This document shows positions 1 to 13,830 of a DNA stretch of 64,000 bases, in pieces (position 1 is the stretch's first letter; each line of letters opens with the position of its first letter). The notes beneath the pieces are model-generated. The model searched no databases. It was not told the origin of the DNA and saw only the letters and a list, made by a program, of their open reading frames with translations. The position numbers and the translations under genes were made by a program. Where the stretch lies: positions 37,014,001 through 37,078,000 of the forward strand of contig OZ024754.1 in NCBI GenBank assembly GCA_964016885.1, read 5' to 3'. This DNA comes from Eledone cirrhosa. Its lineage: Eukaryota.

Positions 1-651
1 ACATACACATACATATATATACATACACATACATATATATACACATACATATATATATACATATATATATATATATACACACATATATATATATACACAC
101 ATATATATACACATACATATATATATATATATACACATACATACATATATATATATACACATACATACATATATACACATACATATATATATACACATAT
201 ATATATACACATACATGCATATATATACACATACATATATATATATACATACATATATATACACATACATATATATACACATACATGCATATATATACAC
301 ATACATATATATATATACACATACATATATATATATACACATACATATATATATATATATACATACATACATATATATATATACACATACATACATATAT
401 ATATATATATATACACATAGATATATATACACATACATATATATACACATACATATATATATATATACACATACATACATACATATATACATATACATAC
501 ATACATATATATACACATACATACATATATACACATACATACATATATACACATACATACATATATATATATATATTACATACATATATATATATACATA
601 CATACATACATATATACACATACATACATATATACACATACATACATACAT

Positions 652-682
<31 letters not shown>

Positions 683-881
683 CACATAGATATATATGCA
701 CATATATATATACATACATACATACATATACATACATACATACATATATATGTGTGTATATACATATATATATATACACATAGATATATATATATATATA
801 CACAGATACATATACACATACATATATATATACATACATACACATATATACATACATACATACATACATATATATGTGTGC

Positions 882-930
<49 letters not shown>

Positions 931-935
931 CATAC
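1..935. repeat. Compound (TA)n/(CA)n/(TACA)n microsatellite
   Basis: Directly visible. Similar tracts at 3530-3960, 14555-14950, 15080-15310, 18035-18345 and many shorter sites. Confidence 0.98.
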
Positions 936-1399
936 ATGGTGGCTGCATGTGCAAAATGTCATCGCTTGATACTTAAGCACGATCATCACGGACGTGGCCT
1001 TTTAGTCCAGCTAGGGACTTGCCTATGGCCAGCAATACCATGCATCGCAAAAAAATGTCACATATCAGGCGATGCCTGTGCGTGAAGCTTTCTTAAGTGG
1101 AGACAGGCCAATCCCACTCTCTGAACATCCAATGTATTTGCCCCAAAAGAAGAACTGGCCTACATCATTGGATGCAAACGAAGTCATAGGTTTTATATCA
1201 GAGTGACCTTCTCCTAGGGAGATGTCTTAATGAATACCAGGAGTGTAGCGAGATCTGTCCACGCCTTGAACCTTGGGTGACACCTAAAGGTCAAACTCTA
1301 GGTCACCACCCTGTTGGTGTGAACAGGTTCATACGTGGGCTATCCCCTCAAGGTGGGAGACAGAAAGCGACAGGTATATAAAGCCTATATTTTCCCACC

Positions 1400-3180
1400 T
1401 TAGACACAAAGAGATCGCAGCACCATGATACAGACCAGCCATGTGATAGATTCACCATTACCTTCAGGTCCCAGAGGTCTACAGACATACAGAAAGATGG
1501 GAGCACCACGATACAGACCAGCTATGTGATAGATTCACCGCTACCTTCAGGTCCCAGAGGTCTACAGACATACAGAGAGATCGGAGCACCACGATACAGA
1601 CCAGCCATGTGATAGATTCACCGCTACCTTCAGGTCCCAGAGGTCTACAGACATAGAGAGATCGGAGCACCACGATACAGACCAGCCATGTGATAGATTC
1701 ACCGCTACCTTTAGGTCCCAGGGGTCTACAGATATATAGAGTGATCGGAGCACCACGATACAGACCAGCTATGTGATAGATTCACCGCTACCTTCAGGTC
1801 CCAGAGGTCTACAGACATACAGAGAGATCGGAGCACCACGATACAGACCAGCTATGTGATAGATTCACCGCTACCTTCAGGTCCCAGAGGTCTACAGACA
1901 TACAGAGAGATCGGAGCACCACGGTACAGACTAGCTATGTGATAGATTCACCGCTACCTTCAGGTCCCAGAGGTCTACAGACATACAGAGAGATCGGAGC
2001 ACCACGATACAGACCAGCTATGTGATAGATTCACCGCTACCTTCAGGTCCCAGAGGTCTACAGACATAGAGAGATCGGAGCACCACGATACAGACCAGCT
2101 ATGTGATAGATTCACCGCTACATTCAGGTCCCAGAGGTCTACAGACATACAGAGAGATCGGAGCACCACGATACAGACCAGCTATGTGATAGATTCACCG
2201 CTACCTTCAGGTCCCAGAGGTCTCCAGACATAGAGAGATCGGAGCACCACGATACAGACCAGCTATGTGTTAGATTCACCGCTACCTTCAGGTCCCAGAG
2301 GTTTACAGACATACAGAGAGATCGGAGCACCACGATACAGACCAGCTATGTGATAGATTCACCATTACCTTTAGGTCCCAGAGGTCTACAAATATACAGA
2401 GAGATCGGAGCACCACGATACAGACCAGCTATGTGATAGATTCACCGCTACCTTTAGGTCCCAGAGGTCTACAGACATACAGAGAGATCGCAGCACCACG
2501 ATACAGACCAGCTATGTGATAGATTCACCGCTACCTTCAGGTCCCAGAGGTCTACAGACACAAAGAGATCGGAGCACCACAATACAGACCAGCTATGTGA
2601 TAGATTCACCATTACCTTCTTCAGGTCCCAGAGGTCTACAGACATACAGAGAGATAGGAGCACCACGATACAGACCAGCTATGTGATAGATTCACCGCTA
2701 CCTTCAGGTCCCAGAGGTCTACAGACATACAGAGAGATCGGAGCACCACGATACAGACCAGCTATGTGATAGATTCACCGCTACCTTCAGGTCCCAGAGG
2801 TCTACAGACATAGAGAGAGATCGGAGCACCAGGATACAGACCAGCTATGTGATAGATTCACCGCTACCTTCAGGTCCCAGAGGTCTACAGACATAGAGAG
2901 AGATCGGAGCACCAGGATACAGACCAGCTATGTGATAGATTCACCGCTACCTTCAGGTCCCAGAGGTCTACAGACACAAAGAGATCGGAGCACCACGATA
3001 CAGACCAGCTATGTGATAGATTCACCGCTACCTTCAGGTCCCAGAGGTCTACAGACACAAAGAGATCGGAGCACCACGATACAGACCAGCTATGTGATAG
3101 ATTCACCGCTACTCTCAGGTCCCAGAGGTCTACAGACATACAGAGCGATAGAAGCAGTATGCTATTACAAGCTATGTGAA
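1400..3180. repeat. 83-bp tandem minisatellite (about 21 copies)
   Basis: Unit ACAGACATACAGAGAGATCGGAGCACCACGATACAGACCAGCTATGTGATAGATTCACCGCTACCTTCAGGTCCCAGAGGTCT, with starts at 1811 and 1894 for example. Confidence 0.97.
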
Positions 3181-3567
3181 AGATTCACCGTTATCTACAG
3201 GCGCCAGAGGTCTACAGTCAACTACAGACCATTCAGAGATCTACAGACCATTACTTCCTTTCTCTCCTGGTTGCAGACTAAACCAGCTTCATGAACCAAC
3301 AACAAAAATAACATTGTCACCCTTTGCAACTCGTGGTAATATGTTTATTGTTCTTTTTGACTCAAGTGAAGTAAACCTTTATATATAAAGTAAATCAGCC
3401 ATTCTTGTTATTTCATCTAACAATTGTTAGAATCCTTCTAATAACTGTGTTAATCCATCTAACAATATCTTACTTATACCCTTTGTTAAAGGAGTCTCAC
3501 GCCATGACCCCCACCACACACTCCCTGCAAAATATATACATAATATACATACATATATATACACATA

Positions 3568-3599
<32 letters not shown>

Positions 3600-3923
3600 C
3601 AAATACATACAAATACACATATGTACAACTACATACATATATACAAATACATATATATATACATATACACAAACAAACACACACATACATACACACAAAC
3701 AATCACACACACACACACATTTATATACATACACAAACATCACACACGCACACTTATATACATACACACAAACAAATATCACACACACACACACATATAC
3801 ATACATACACACACACATACATACAAACAAACATCACACACACTTATATACATAAACAAACAAACATCACACACATATATGCATACAAACAAACATCACA
3901 CACACACACACACAAACAAACAT

Positions 3924-3965
<42 letters not shown>

Positions 3966-4129
3966 AACTATTAAAAGCTGACACTAGCAGACGAACAGGC
4001 GAATGAGAGACGAGATGGTATATCGATGATACAAACATGGTTACATGATCAACACAAATTCCGCTGGTCATCGACTCTCAAAACTGACAGTAATACTCGC
4101 CTATTCTGAGTCACAATGTCTAACAAGAT

Positions 4130-4189
<60 letters not shown>

Positions 4190-4335
4190 TGTGTATGTGT
4201 GCGTGTGCGTGTGCGTGTGCGTGTGCGTGTGCGTGTGTGTGTGTGTGTGTAAGTTTGTTCCGAGTTCAATCGAGGGTAACCACAGTAAGTAAGGTACTCA
4301 ATTCATAGCAGAGTGTATACATTTAATATAGAAAT

Positions 4336-4386
4336 GGCTTCTACAGGACTAGAACTGTTTCATTCGGAAGAAATCATCAGGAAGCC
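4336..4386 (-). ncRNA. Type-I hammerhead ribozyme (family A element)
   Basis: Reverse complement GGCTTC-CTGATGA-TTTCTTCCGAAT-GAA-ACAG-TTCTAGTC-CTGT-A-GAAGCC, with a 6-bp stem I, 4-bp stem III, GUA triplet and a weak stem II. Confidence 0.75.
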
Positions 4387-4500
4387 CTGCTGATTTCTCC
4401 CAAATGAGACAGTTCTAGTCCTGTAGAAGCTATTTCTATAATATATATATATATAGTGACGAAACATAAGCCAATTGCATGAACTCATAATCCTTTATTT

Positions 4501-4556
4501 ACTGCTATATATATTTCGATGATAGCCATTGAATGGCTATGACCTCATCAGGCAGT
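4501..4556 (-). ncRNA. Type-I minimal hammerhead ribozyme
   Basis: Reverse complement ACTGC-CTGATGA-GGTC ATAGCCATT C AATGGCTAT CATC-GAAA-TATATA-TA-GCAGT, followed by AATAAA. Confidence 0.82.
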
Positions 4557-5018
4557 TAGTCAGTTCTTAGATATGCCAGCTCTGTGTTTATGGTATCAGA
4601 GCCTTGGGACATATATATATATATATAACCAAATGAAAAGGATATGTATATATATATAATGTGTGGATTCCCGATAGGTATAGGGAGGTGACCACAGTTA
4701 AAAAGGGTACGCAATACGTTAGTGGAGTATAGGCGTCTTTATTTTATTTAGAAATGACTTCTACAGGACTAAAACTGTTTCATTCGTTACGTCCCTTTAC
4801 GGACTGAGTTCAAATCCCGCCGAGGTTAACTTTGCCTTTCATCCTTAGGGGGTCGATAAAATAAAGTACCAGTAATGTACTGGAATAATTGCTGGCCTTG
4901 TGCCAAAAAGTAGAAACAATTATATATATATATAAGTTTATCCCGAGTTCAATCGGGGGTAAACACAGTAAGTAAGGTACTCAATACATAGCAGAGTGTA
5001 TATATTTAATATAGAAAT

Positions 5019-5069
5019 GGCTTCTGCGGGACTAGAACTGTTTCATTCGGGAGAAATCATCAGGAAGCC
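5019..5069 (-). ncRNA. Hammerhead ribozyme, family A, mutated cleavage triplet
   Basis: Same as 4336-4386 but CTGTA has become CCGCA, so it is probably inactive. Confidence 0.6.
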
Positions 5070-6282
5070 CTATATATATATATATAATGCATATGTGGTA
5101 ATTGTAAAAGGAGCTGGACTTTTTCCCTTTATTTTCGAATATTATTCTTTGGCAATAGGTACGATATATATTCATAAGAAATAGTGGGTGTTGTTATCTC
5201 TCGTTTATCTATTACACACAGCATAGCAGTATTTATCCATTATCAAACTCAGCTCTCTCTCTATATATATATATATATAATGTGTGGATTCCCGATAGGT
5301 ATAGGGAGGTGACCACAGTTTAAAAAATGTACTCAATGCGTTAATCGAGTGTATGCGTCTTTATTTTATATAGAAATTACTTCTACAGGACTAGAACTGT
5401 TTCATTCGTATGAAAGTATTCTTTCCTGATGATTTCATGCGAACGAAACAGTTGTAGTCGTGCAAAAGTAATTTTCTATAATATATATATATATATCTCG
5501 ACAGTCGATCGACTATATATATACATATCGACAGTCGATCGATTATATACCTATATATATATAAACACACACTTACATATCGACAGTCGATCGACTATAA
5601 ATATATATATATATACGAGAAAAGTCAACAAGGAAAAAAAAAAAATACAATACAATGATTATATATATATATATATAAAGGAACGATCGACTTTCGTCAA
5701 ATCGGACCGAGGGAACAGTGTTTCCGTTGGTCTTTCCAATTGCTAATACTATCTATCGGTCGCAACTCCAGGTAGAAGGAGCAACGTGAAATAAAGTGTC
5801 TTGCTCAAGGACATAACGCATCGCCTGGTCCAGGAATCGAACTCACAACCTTACGATTGCGAATCCAATTCCCTAACCACTCAGCCACACGCCTTCATAT
5901 ATATATCTAGATATATATATATATCTATATATATATATATATTAATTTAACGCGTGATATATTAAGACAATATTCCTCACGTTATATGCGTCTGCTAATA
6001 AACACACAGGGATTGATTCTTGCCAAAGTGCTCGGATATGAAGATGGGATTGTATTTTAAAGTTGAGATGTGTAAAATATATAAATCGAATGTTTCTGCA
6101 ACTGACAGTCGTTCGATCTTTCGATCTACCTTAACAAATCAACAGAAGGCAAAACTGAAAGCAGAGTTTTATAAAACAAGAAAATACTGCTCAATAATAA
6201 ATAATATATATTGAAAATATAGAAGAAACAGACAACCACAACAGTGAGGAAGAAGCTTTCTGAACACACACAATACATATAT

Positions 6283-6314
<32 letters not shown>

Positions 6315-6570
6315 CCCATATATATATATACATACATATATAAATCTAAATATGAGTATACACACACCCATATATATATACGGAAAGAGAGAGTATACAG
6401 ACACCCATATATATATATATATGGGTGTGTGTATACTCATATTTATAATATATATATATATATATAAATGAGTATACACACACCCATATATCCATATATA
6501 TATAGAAAGAGAGTATACACACACCCATATATATATATATATATATGGGTGTGTGTATACTCATATTTAT

Positions 6571-6602
<32 letters not shown>

Positions 6603-6780
6603 TATATACATATAAATATGAGTATACACACACTCATATATCCATATATATATATATATAAATATGCGTATACACACACCCATATATCCATATATATATA
6701 TAAATATGAGTATACACACACCCATATAGATATATAGTGTGTGTGTCAGAGAGGGAGGGAGGATGTCATATTTCACTTAC

Positions 6781-6886
6781 CTAGAAGTACACGCAAATGT
6801 TTTAACCTGGTTGGAGGATCTTTTTTGTTATCCAACACTTTCTGCGCCGACTTCTTAATATCTCCATGGGCGGTTTTTCTGAACAT
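6781..6886 (-). CDS. RALGAPA1: Ral GTPase-activating protein alpha subunit, first coding exon (gene continues beyond position 1)
   Basis: Minus strand reads [35 protein letters not shown] then G|GTAAGT (106 nt, phase 1). This closely matches the N-terminus of RalGAPA1/2 as recalled ([35 protein letters not shown]). A further in-frame ATG at 6901 would add MSALS. Not in the ORF track. Confidence 0.92.
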
Positions 6887-6959
6887 GGACAAAGCCGACA
6901 TCTAGCATTTAAGATTCACAATTCATTTTTCATTATAATCACTAAGCGACACTGTCTAA

Positions 6960-7035
6960 CATTCCAACAATAACAAATGGCGGCCTAGCTATATGAGCAT
7001 GCGTAATGGTCGCATACAAGTCCCACAACTCTTGC
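6960..7035. promoter_or_regulatory. Probable RalGAP-alpha promoter with YY1-like and ZNF143/THAP11-like motifs
   Basis: AAATGGCGGC (6975-6984) and ATACAAGTCCCACAA (7014-7028, compare ACTACAAnTCCCA), 70-130 bp upstream of the ATG at 6901 in a locally CpG-richer segment. Confidence 0.4.
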
Positions 7036-8104
7036 TGCACCGTCACTGTAAAAGTTCTGTTTTTGTGTTCGCTCGTCTCTTTTTCCAGTCATTTCTCCTT
7101 AATTATGACTGATAATTACGTAAATTAGCTTTTTCTTTTTCGTTTAAATTTCAACCATATTTAAATAAATTTTATTCTGCTAACGTAATATCTATGTTGT
7201 CCTTAAAATGTAATGGTGAGTACCATAATCCACAGGTAGTCATGTCTTCTATATAGAGATCAGCTCGGTATGACAAATCTCTCTCTTCAATGCAAGTTGT
7301 AACGAAGGAGAATTGAACTCTCTTCAATGCAAGTTGTAACGAGGGAGAATTGAACACAGAATGACAAGCTAACAAAACATTTGTTAGTTGTGTGTAGGTA
7401 CGTGTTAGTTGTGTGGTTAGAGTGTTGGATTAACAATCGTGAGGTTGCAAGACTGGATGGTATGTTATGTACTTGAGCAAGATACTTTATTCCACGATGC
7501 TCTTTCTGCCAGGAGTTGCCGCCGGTAGATAGTATCAGCAATGGAAGTATTGTTTCCTTGGCCCAATTTGACGATTTCCAGAACCGAACTCTCAGTCAGT
7601 GAAAGGAAGCTGCAGTAGAAGATCTGGACAAAGGTAGTGAGTGGATCTGAAAACGTTGGAAGTGACAAAGGAATGAAGTAGGTAGGGGGAATCTATGCTG
7701 GAAGAAACCTGTTCAACCCATGCTAGCTTAGAAAAACAGGCATAAAAATATAACGATGATGCTGATGGTTATAGCTAGCAACAGTGAGTTGTTCTCTATA
7801 TGTAGTCATCATCATCATTTTAATGTACACTTTCCCTGCAAGCAAGGGTTGGATGGGCCTACATAGACCAAGTCAGTGCTGAATCAGTGGCTACTGATCT
7901 CCCAGACAAGCCAGGGATCTGTTGTCTTGGTTATGTAGTCTAGTGCTGGGCTTGCTGTGAGGTTTTGGGCTTTGTAGTTGTGGTCTCAACAACTAACAAG
8001 GTAAGAGATTGGAGTGAATGTTTATTTGTGAGGTTGTCTGATTGTATGTAAGGAACCAAACTACAAGTGTATATAAACAAGGCATCTATTTTTGTTAGTC
8101 ACAA

Positions 8105-8335
8105 ACCAGCAGATAACCTACCCATTCCTCAGTAGACTGGTTTCTTGTAGGAAGTAATTGGCCTAAAAGATTACCAGATAGCATACCCATTCCTCAGTAG
8201 ACTGGTTTCTTGTAGAAAGTAATTGGCCTAAAAGATTACCAGATAGCATACCCCTTCCTCAGTAGACTGATTTCTTGTAGGAAGTAATTGGACTGAAGAC
8301 TACCAGATAGCATACCCCTTCCTCAGCAGGCTGGC
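8105..8335. repeat. 60-bp tandem repeat (about 4 copies)
   Basis: Repeated CCAGATAGCATACCC.TTCCTCAGTAGACTG.TTTCTTGTAGGAAGTAATTGG. Confidence 0.9.
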
Positions 8336-9904
8336 CATTCATGAGATTGCATCTTGTAGATTCCTTGTGTGTTTTACTAATAGGGACCTCTGTCTTTTTG
8401 TATCCCCATTTTTCCAGTGACAGGTGGGATTTGAACTCAGAATACATAGAACTAGAAAAGATACTGCAAGGCATCCAACCTAATGCACTAACAGTTTTGG
8501 CAATCAACCACCCTGAACTGGTATTTTATATTATCAACTTCAAAGGGATGAAATGCAAAGTTGACCTTGGTAGGATTTGGATTGTTTACTTAGAACTGGA
8601 ACAAATACCCCAAGCCATTTAATCCAACAGTCCAAGGACTCTGGTCATGGTTGTCATCATCACCATCACTGTTTTACATCCATTCTTCCATACTAGCATG
8701 GGTTAGATGGGTTGTCCTGTTGTGGGCTATGCCAGGTCAGGTGACCATGTCTTGCTCATACAGAAGTGATTTTGGCTTTATTTCTACAGCTGGATGCCCT
8801 TCCTAACACCAACCTCATTTACAGTAAGTACTGGGAGCCTTTTTTACCGTGGCGCCTACATAACCACTTTACAGTGTGGACTGGGTGCTTTTTTTTGTCG
8901 TGACACCTACACGACCACTTTACAGTGGGAGGGGTTGAGGGCATACTGACTATATGCTTCAGCTTGTACCCATGGAAAGTCGGGTCTTCTGGTGTATTTA
9001 ACTTTTAATATCCTATAATGATTTAGCAGAAAATATGTTTAATATTTTTTAATGTGATGTAACCATATTTTTCAACAATGTCTTAACTCTTTAGCATTTA
9101 CATTACTCTATATTTACTATTATATTTTCAGTGAAGGCTTTACCTCACATAATATTGAACCTATGCGATTTTGATATTATTTATTTTGAGAACAATACCT
9201 TAACATCAGTATGAGTAGCCGGTTACAGCCGGTTTGAACAGAAACAGATGAGAAAATTCTGGCTGGATATGGCTGGTTTAATAATGTGGTTTGTTAATTC
9301 AACTGTTTATAGTAAAAACTTAAATGTTTTTTTTATGAGACACAGTCAAAATGCTGTTTTGTACTTTTCAAAACTGTCTTCGTAATGTGGTTTCATGTGG
9401 TACAGGATCGACTTTTCATGTCAGTTTACTGAAATGGTTGAGGATTCCCAACTATCTCTGCTTCATACTTCAATAGACATTTCCTTGTTAACTTGAGCAC
9501 AGAAAAGAAAAGCCCATAAAGGAAGGTTTGTTGGAAATTAACAAACATTGTTGTGAGGAATACAACACAAATAAATATACAGACTGAGTCTTTGGCAAGA
9601 GACAGAGAATGCTAATCATAACTTCTCAATGTAGAAAAAGAAAATATATAATATATAAAGAAAGGGTGTCATTAATTGAATTAACCCTTGGATTTGAACT
9701 CGGAAGGTATCAAACATTCCATTGCTTTCAAAATAATAAAAAAATATTCCTTTCTGAATTGTTGCGTAAAAAATGTAATATTTCCTCAGTTCTAAATAGT
9801 ATTACAGAATTGGTTTGCTTTTACTTAGTAGTGAAGGGAGGGAGGTTAGTAACTATGACCATTTTTAGGGTCAATGAGACTGGTGCGTTTTGGGTTCAAA
9901 TCCT

Positions 9905-12050
9905 GCTATCCCTTCCCTAACAGGCTGGCTTTTCACGGGAAGGAACTGACTGAAACGATCACCAGATTGTGTACCCCTTCCCCCACAGGCTGGCCCCAAA
10001 AGACCAGTAGATAGTATACCTTTCCCCCAACAGGCTGGCCTCTTGTGGAAAGGAACTGACCTAAGACCAGCAGATAGTACACCCCTCCCCAACAGGCTGG
10101 CCACTTGTGGGAAGGAACTGACCTAAGACCAGTAAATAGTACACCCCTCCCCAACAGGCTGGCCACTTGTGGGAAGGAACTGACCTAAGACCAGTAAATA
10201 GTACACCCCTCCCCAACAGGCTGGCCACTTGTGGGAAGGAACTGACCTAAGACCAGCAGATAGTACACCCCTCCCCAACAGGCTGGCCACTTGTGGGAAG
10301 GAACTGACCTAAGACCAGCAGATAGTACACCCCTCCCCAACAGGCTGGCCTCTTGTGGGAAGGAACTGACCTAAGACCAGTAGATAGTACACCCCTCCCC
10401 AACAGGCTGGCCTCTTGTGGAAAGGAACTGACCTAAGACCAGCAGATAGTACACCCCTCCCCAACAGGCTGGCCACTTGTGGGAAGGAACTGACCTAAGA
10501 CCAGTAAATAGTACACCCCTCCCCAACAGGCTGGCCACTTGTGGAAAGGAACTGACCTAAGACCAGCAGATAGTACACCCCTCCCCAACAGGCTGGCCAC
10601 TTGTGGGAAGGAACTGACCTAAGACCAGTAAATAGTACACCCCTCCCCAACAGGCTGGCCACTTGTGGAAAGGAACTGACCTAAGACCAGTAAATAGTAC
10701 ACCCCTCCCCAACAGGCTGGCCACTTGTGGGAAGGAACTGACCTAAGACCAGTAAATAGTATACCCCTCCCCAACAGGCTGGCCACTTGTGGGAAGGAAC
10801 TGACCTAAGACCAGCAGATAGTACACCCCTCCCCAACAGGCTGGCCACTTGTGGGAAGGAACTGACCTAAGACCAGTAGATAGTACACCCCTCCCCAACA
10901 GGCTGGCCACTTGTGGGAAGGAACTGACCTAAGACCAGCAGATAGTACACCCCTCCAACAGGCTGGCCACTTGTGGGAAGGAACTGACCTAAGACCAGCA
11001 GATAGTACACCCCTCCCCAACAGGCTGGCCTCTTGTGGGAAGGAACTGACCTAAGACCAGTAGATAGTACACCCCTCCCCAACAGGCTGGCCTCTTGTGG
11101 GAAGGAACTGACCTAAGACCAGTAGATAGTACACCCCTCCCCAACAGGCTGGCCTCTTGTGGGAAGGAACTGACCTAAGACCAGCAGATAGTACACCCCT
11201 CCCCAACAGGCTGGCCACTTGTGGGAAGGAACTGACCTAAGACCAGCAGATAGTACACCCCTCCCCAACAGGCTGGCCTCTTGTGGGAAGGAACTGACCT
11301 AAGACCAGTAGATAGTACACCCCTCCCCAACAGGCTGGCCTCTTGTGGGAAGGAACTGACCTAAGACCAGTAGATAGTACACCCCTCCCCAACAGGCTGG
11401 CCTCTTGTGGGAAGGAACTGACCTAAGACCAGTAGATAGTACACCCCTCCCCAACAGGCTGGCCTCTTGTGGGAAGGAACTGACCTAAGACCAGTAAATA
11501 GTACACCCCTCCCCAACAGGCTGGCCTCTTGTGGAAGGAACTGACCTAAGACCAGTAGATAGTACACCCCTCCCCAACAGGCTGGCCACTTGTGGGAAGG
11601 AACTGACCTAAGACCAGTAAATAGTATACCCCTCCCCAACAGGCTGGCCACTTGTGGGAAGGAACTGACCTAAGACCAGCAGATAGTACACCCCTCCCCA
11701 ACAGGCTGGCCACTTGTGGGAAGGAACTGACCTAAGACCAGTAGATAGTACACCCCTCCCCAACAGGCTGGCCTCTTGTGGGAAGGAACTGACCTAAGAC
11801 CAGTAGATAGTATACCCCTCCCCAACAGGCTGGCCTCTTGTGGGAAGGAACTGACCTAAGACCAGTAGATAGTACACCCCTCCCCAACAGGCTGGCCTCT
11901 TGTGGGAAGGAACTGACCTAAGACCAGTAGATAGTACACCCCTCCCCAACAGGCTGGCCACTTGTGGGAAGGAACTGACCTAAGACCAGCAGATAGTATA
12001 CCTCTCCCCCAGCTGACTGGCCTACTATAGGAAGTAATTGGCCTTAAAAA
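9905..12050. repeat. 62-bp tandem minisatellite (about 33 copies)
   Basis: Unit GACCTAAGACCAGYARATAGTACACCCCTCCCCAACAGGCTGGCCWCTTGTGGGAAGGAACT. Confidence 0.97.
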
Positions 12051-12611
12051 GGCAGCCATGAACATTCTCAAGTACCAATTGAAATATTTTCATATTTCTT
12101 ACTCTGCCTTAACCCTTTTGTCATCAAAAGTCATTGGATAATAACTTAGCTAGAATATTTGTAGCATAGCTAAGCTCCACATTTTTAAACATTAGCAAAA
12201 TCCCAGCTAATAGCTAAATATGGAAACAATGAAATTGAAAGAACGGTAAAGACAGCTCTTGTACGTTTGATATATCTACTTATTTCCTCAACCCTATCAG
12301 AATGAGAAGCTAAGTCAACAACAGGGGAATTCAAACAAAGGATAGTGAACAGATTTTGCCAAGTGGGCAACTAAATCAGTTACTTCTTAGTATATTTTAG
12401 AAAACAATAACAGGACTACATGGGTTTAGATAGTCTCCTACAAAGTTGCATCTCACAGACAATTTCTCAGGTATTTTAAATAGTGAGGCCCAAGACCTAT
12501 CATGTTGGTGATGCAATTCACAGCTATGCAGGTTTAGTTGACCTACAAGGTTGTACCTCATAGGTATCTTGGGTGTTTTAATGATAAAGGGAAGCAATTT
12601 TTTTATTGTCA

Positions 12612-13830
12612 TTACAACTCACATCTCTTTAGGTTTAGCTGTACCGCATAAGGGGTTGTATCTCACAGGTTTCTAATGTTTTAATGATAGGGGACCCTAA
12701 TCAAATCATACAAACCCACTATGTCATTGTTACAGCTCACATCTCTTTAGGTTTAGCTGTACCACATAAGGGGTTGTATCTCACAGGTTTCTGTGTTTTA
12801 ATGACAGGGGACCCTAATCATATCATACAAACCCACTATGTATGTAATTGTTACAACTCACATCTCTTTAGATTTAGCTGTACCACATAAGGGGTTGTAT
12901 CTCACAGGTTTCTGTGTTTTAATGATAGGGGACCCTAATCATATCATACAAACCCACTATGTATGTAATTGTTACAACTCACATCTCTTTAGGTTTAGCT
13001 GTACCACATAAGGGGTTGTATCTCACAGGTTTCTGTGTTTTAATGACAGGGGACCCTAATCATATCATACAAACCCACTATGTAATTGTTACAACTCACA
13101 TCTCTTTAGGTTTAGCTGTACCACATAAGGGGTTGTATCTCACAGGTTTCTAATGTTTTAATGACAGGGGACCCCAATCATATCATACAAACCCACTATG
13201 TAATTGTTACAACTCACATCTCTTTAGGTTTAGCTGTACCACATAAGGGGTTGTATCTCACAGGTTTCTAATGTTTTAATGACAGGGGACCCCAATCATA
13301 TCATACAAACCCACTATGTAATTGTTACAACTCACATCTCTTTAGGTTTAGCTGTACCACATAAGGGGTTGTATCTCACAGGTTTCTGTGTTTTAATGAT
13401 AGGGGACCCTAATCATATCATACAAACCCACTATGTATGTAATTGTTACAGCTCACATCTCTTTAGGTTTAGCTGTACCACATAAGGGGTTGTATCTCAG
13501 GTTTCTGTGTTTTAATGATAGGGGACCCTAATCATATCATACAAACCCACTATGTAATTGTTACAGCTCACATCTCTTTAGGTTTAGCTGTACCACATAA
13601 GGGGTTGTATCTCACAGGTTTCTGTTTTAATGATAGGGGACCCTAATCATATCATACAAACCCACTATGTATGTAATTGTTACAACTCACATCTCTTTAG
13701 GTTTAGCTGTACCACATAAGGGGTTGTATCTCACAGGTTTCTGTGTTTTAATGATAGGGGACCCTAATCATATCATACAAACCCACTATGTATGTAATTG
13801 TTACAACTCGCATCTATGCTAGTTTAGCTA
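12612..13830. repeat. 119-123-bp tandem minisatellite (about 10 copies)
   Basis: Unit begins TTACAACTCACATCTCTTTAGGTTTAGCTGTACCACATAAGGGG. Confidence 0.96.

Noticed and set aside
215-1085. Long HIYT-rich ORFs (also at 3.4-4.0, 6.2-6.8, 14.5-15.0 and 59.6-60.2 kb)
   Set aside because: These are translations of micro- or minisatellites that lack stop codons, with no splice or homology support.
1400-3180. Possible hammerhead in the 83-bp satellite (minus strand CTGAAGG...GAAT)
   Set aside because: Both core boxes are non-canonical and I could not build stems I and III.
5019-5069. A-to-G differences from the 4336 copy as a fossil of ADAR editing
   Set aside because: Only about four such changes among other substitutions, and CpG decay or chance explains them.
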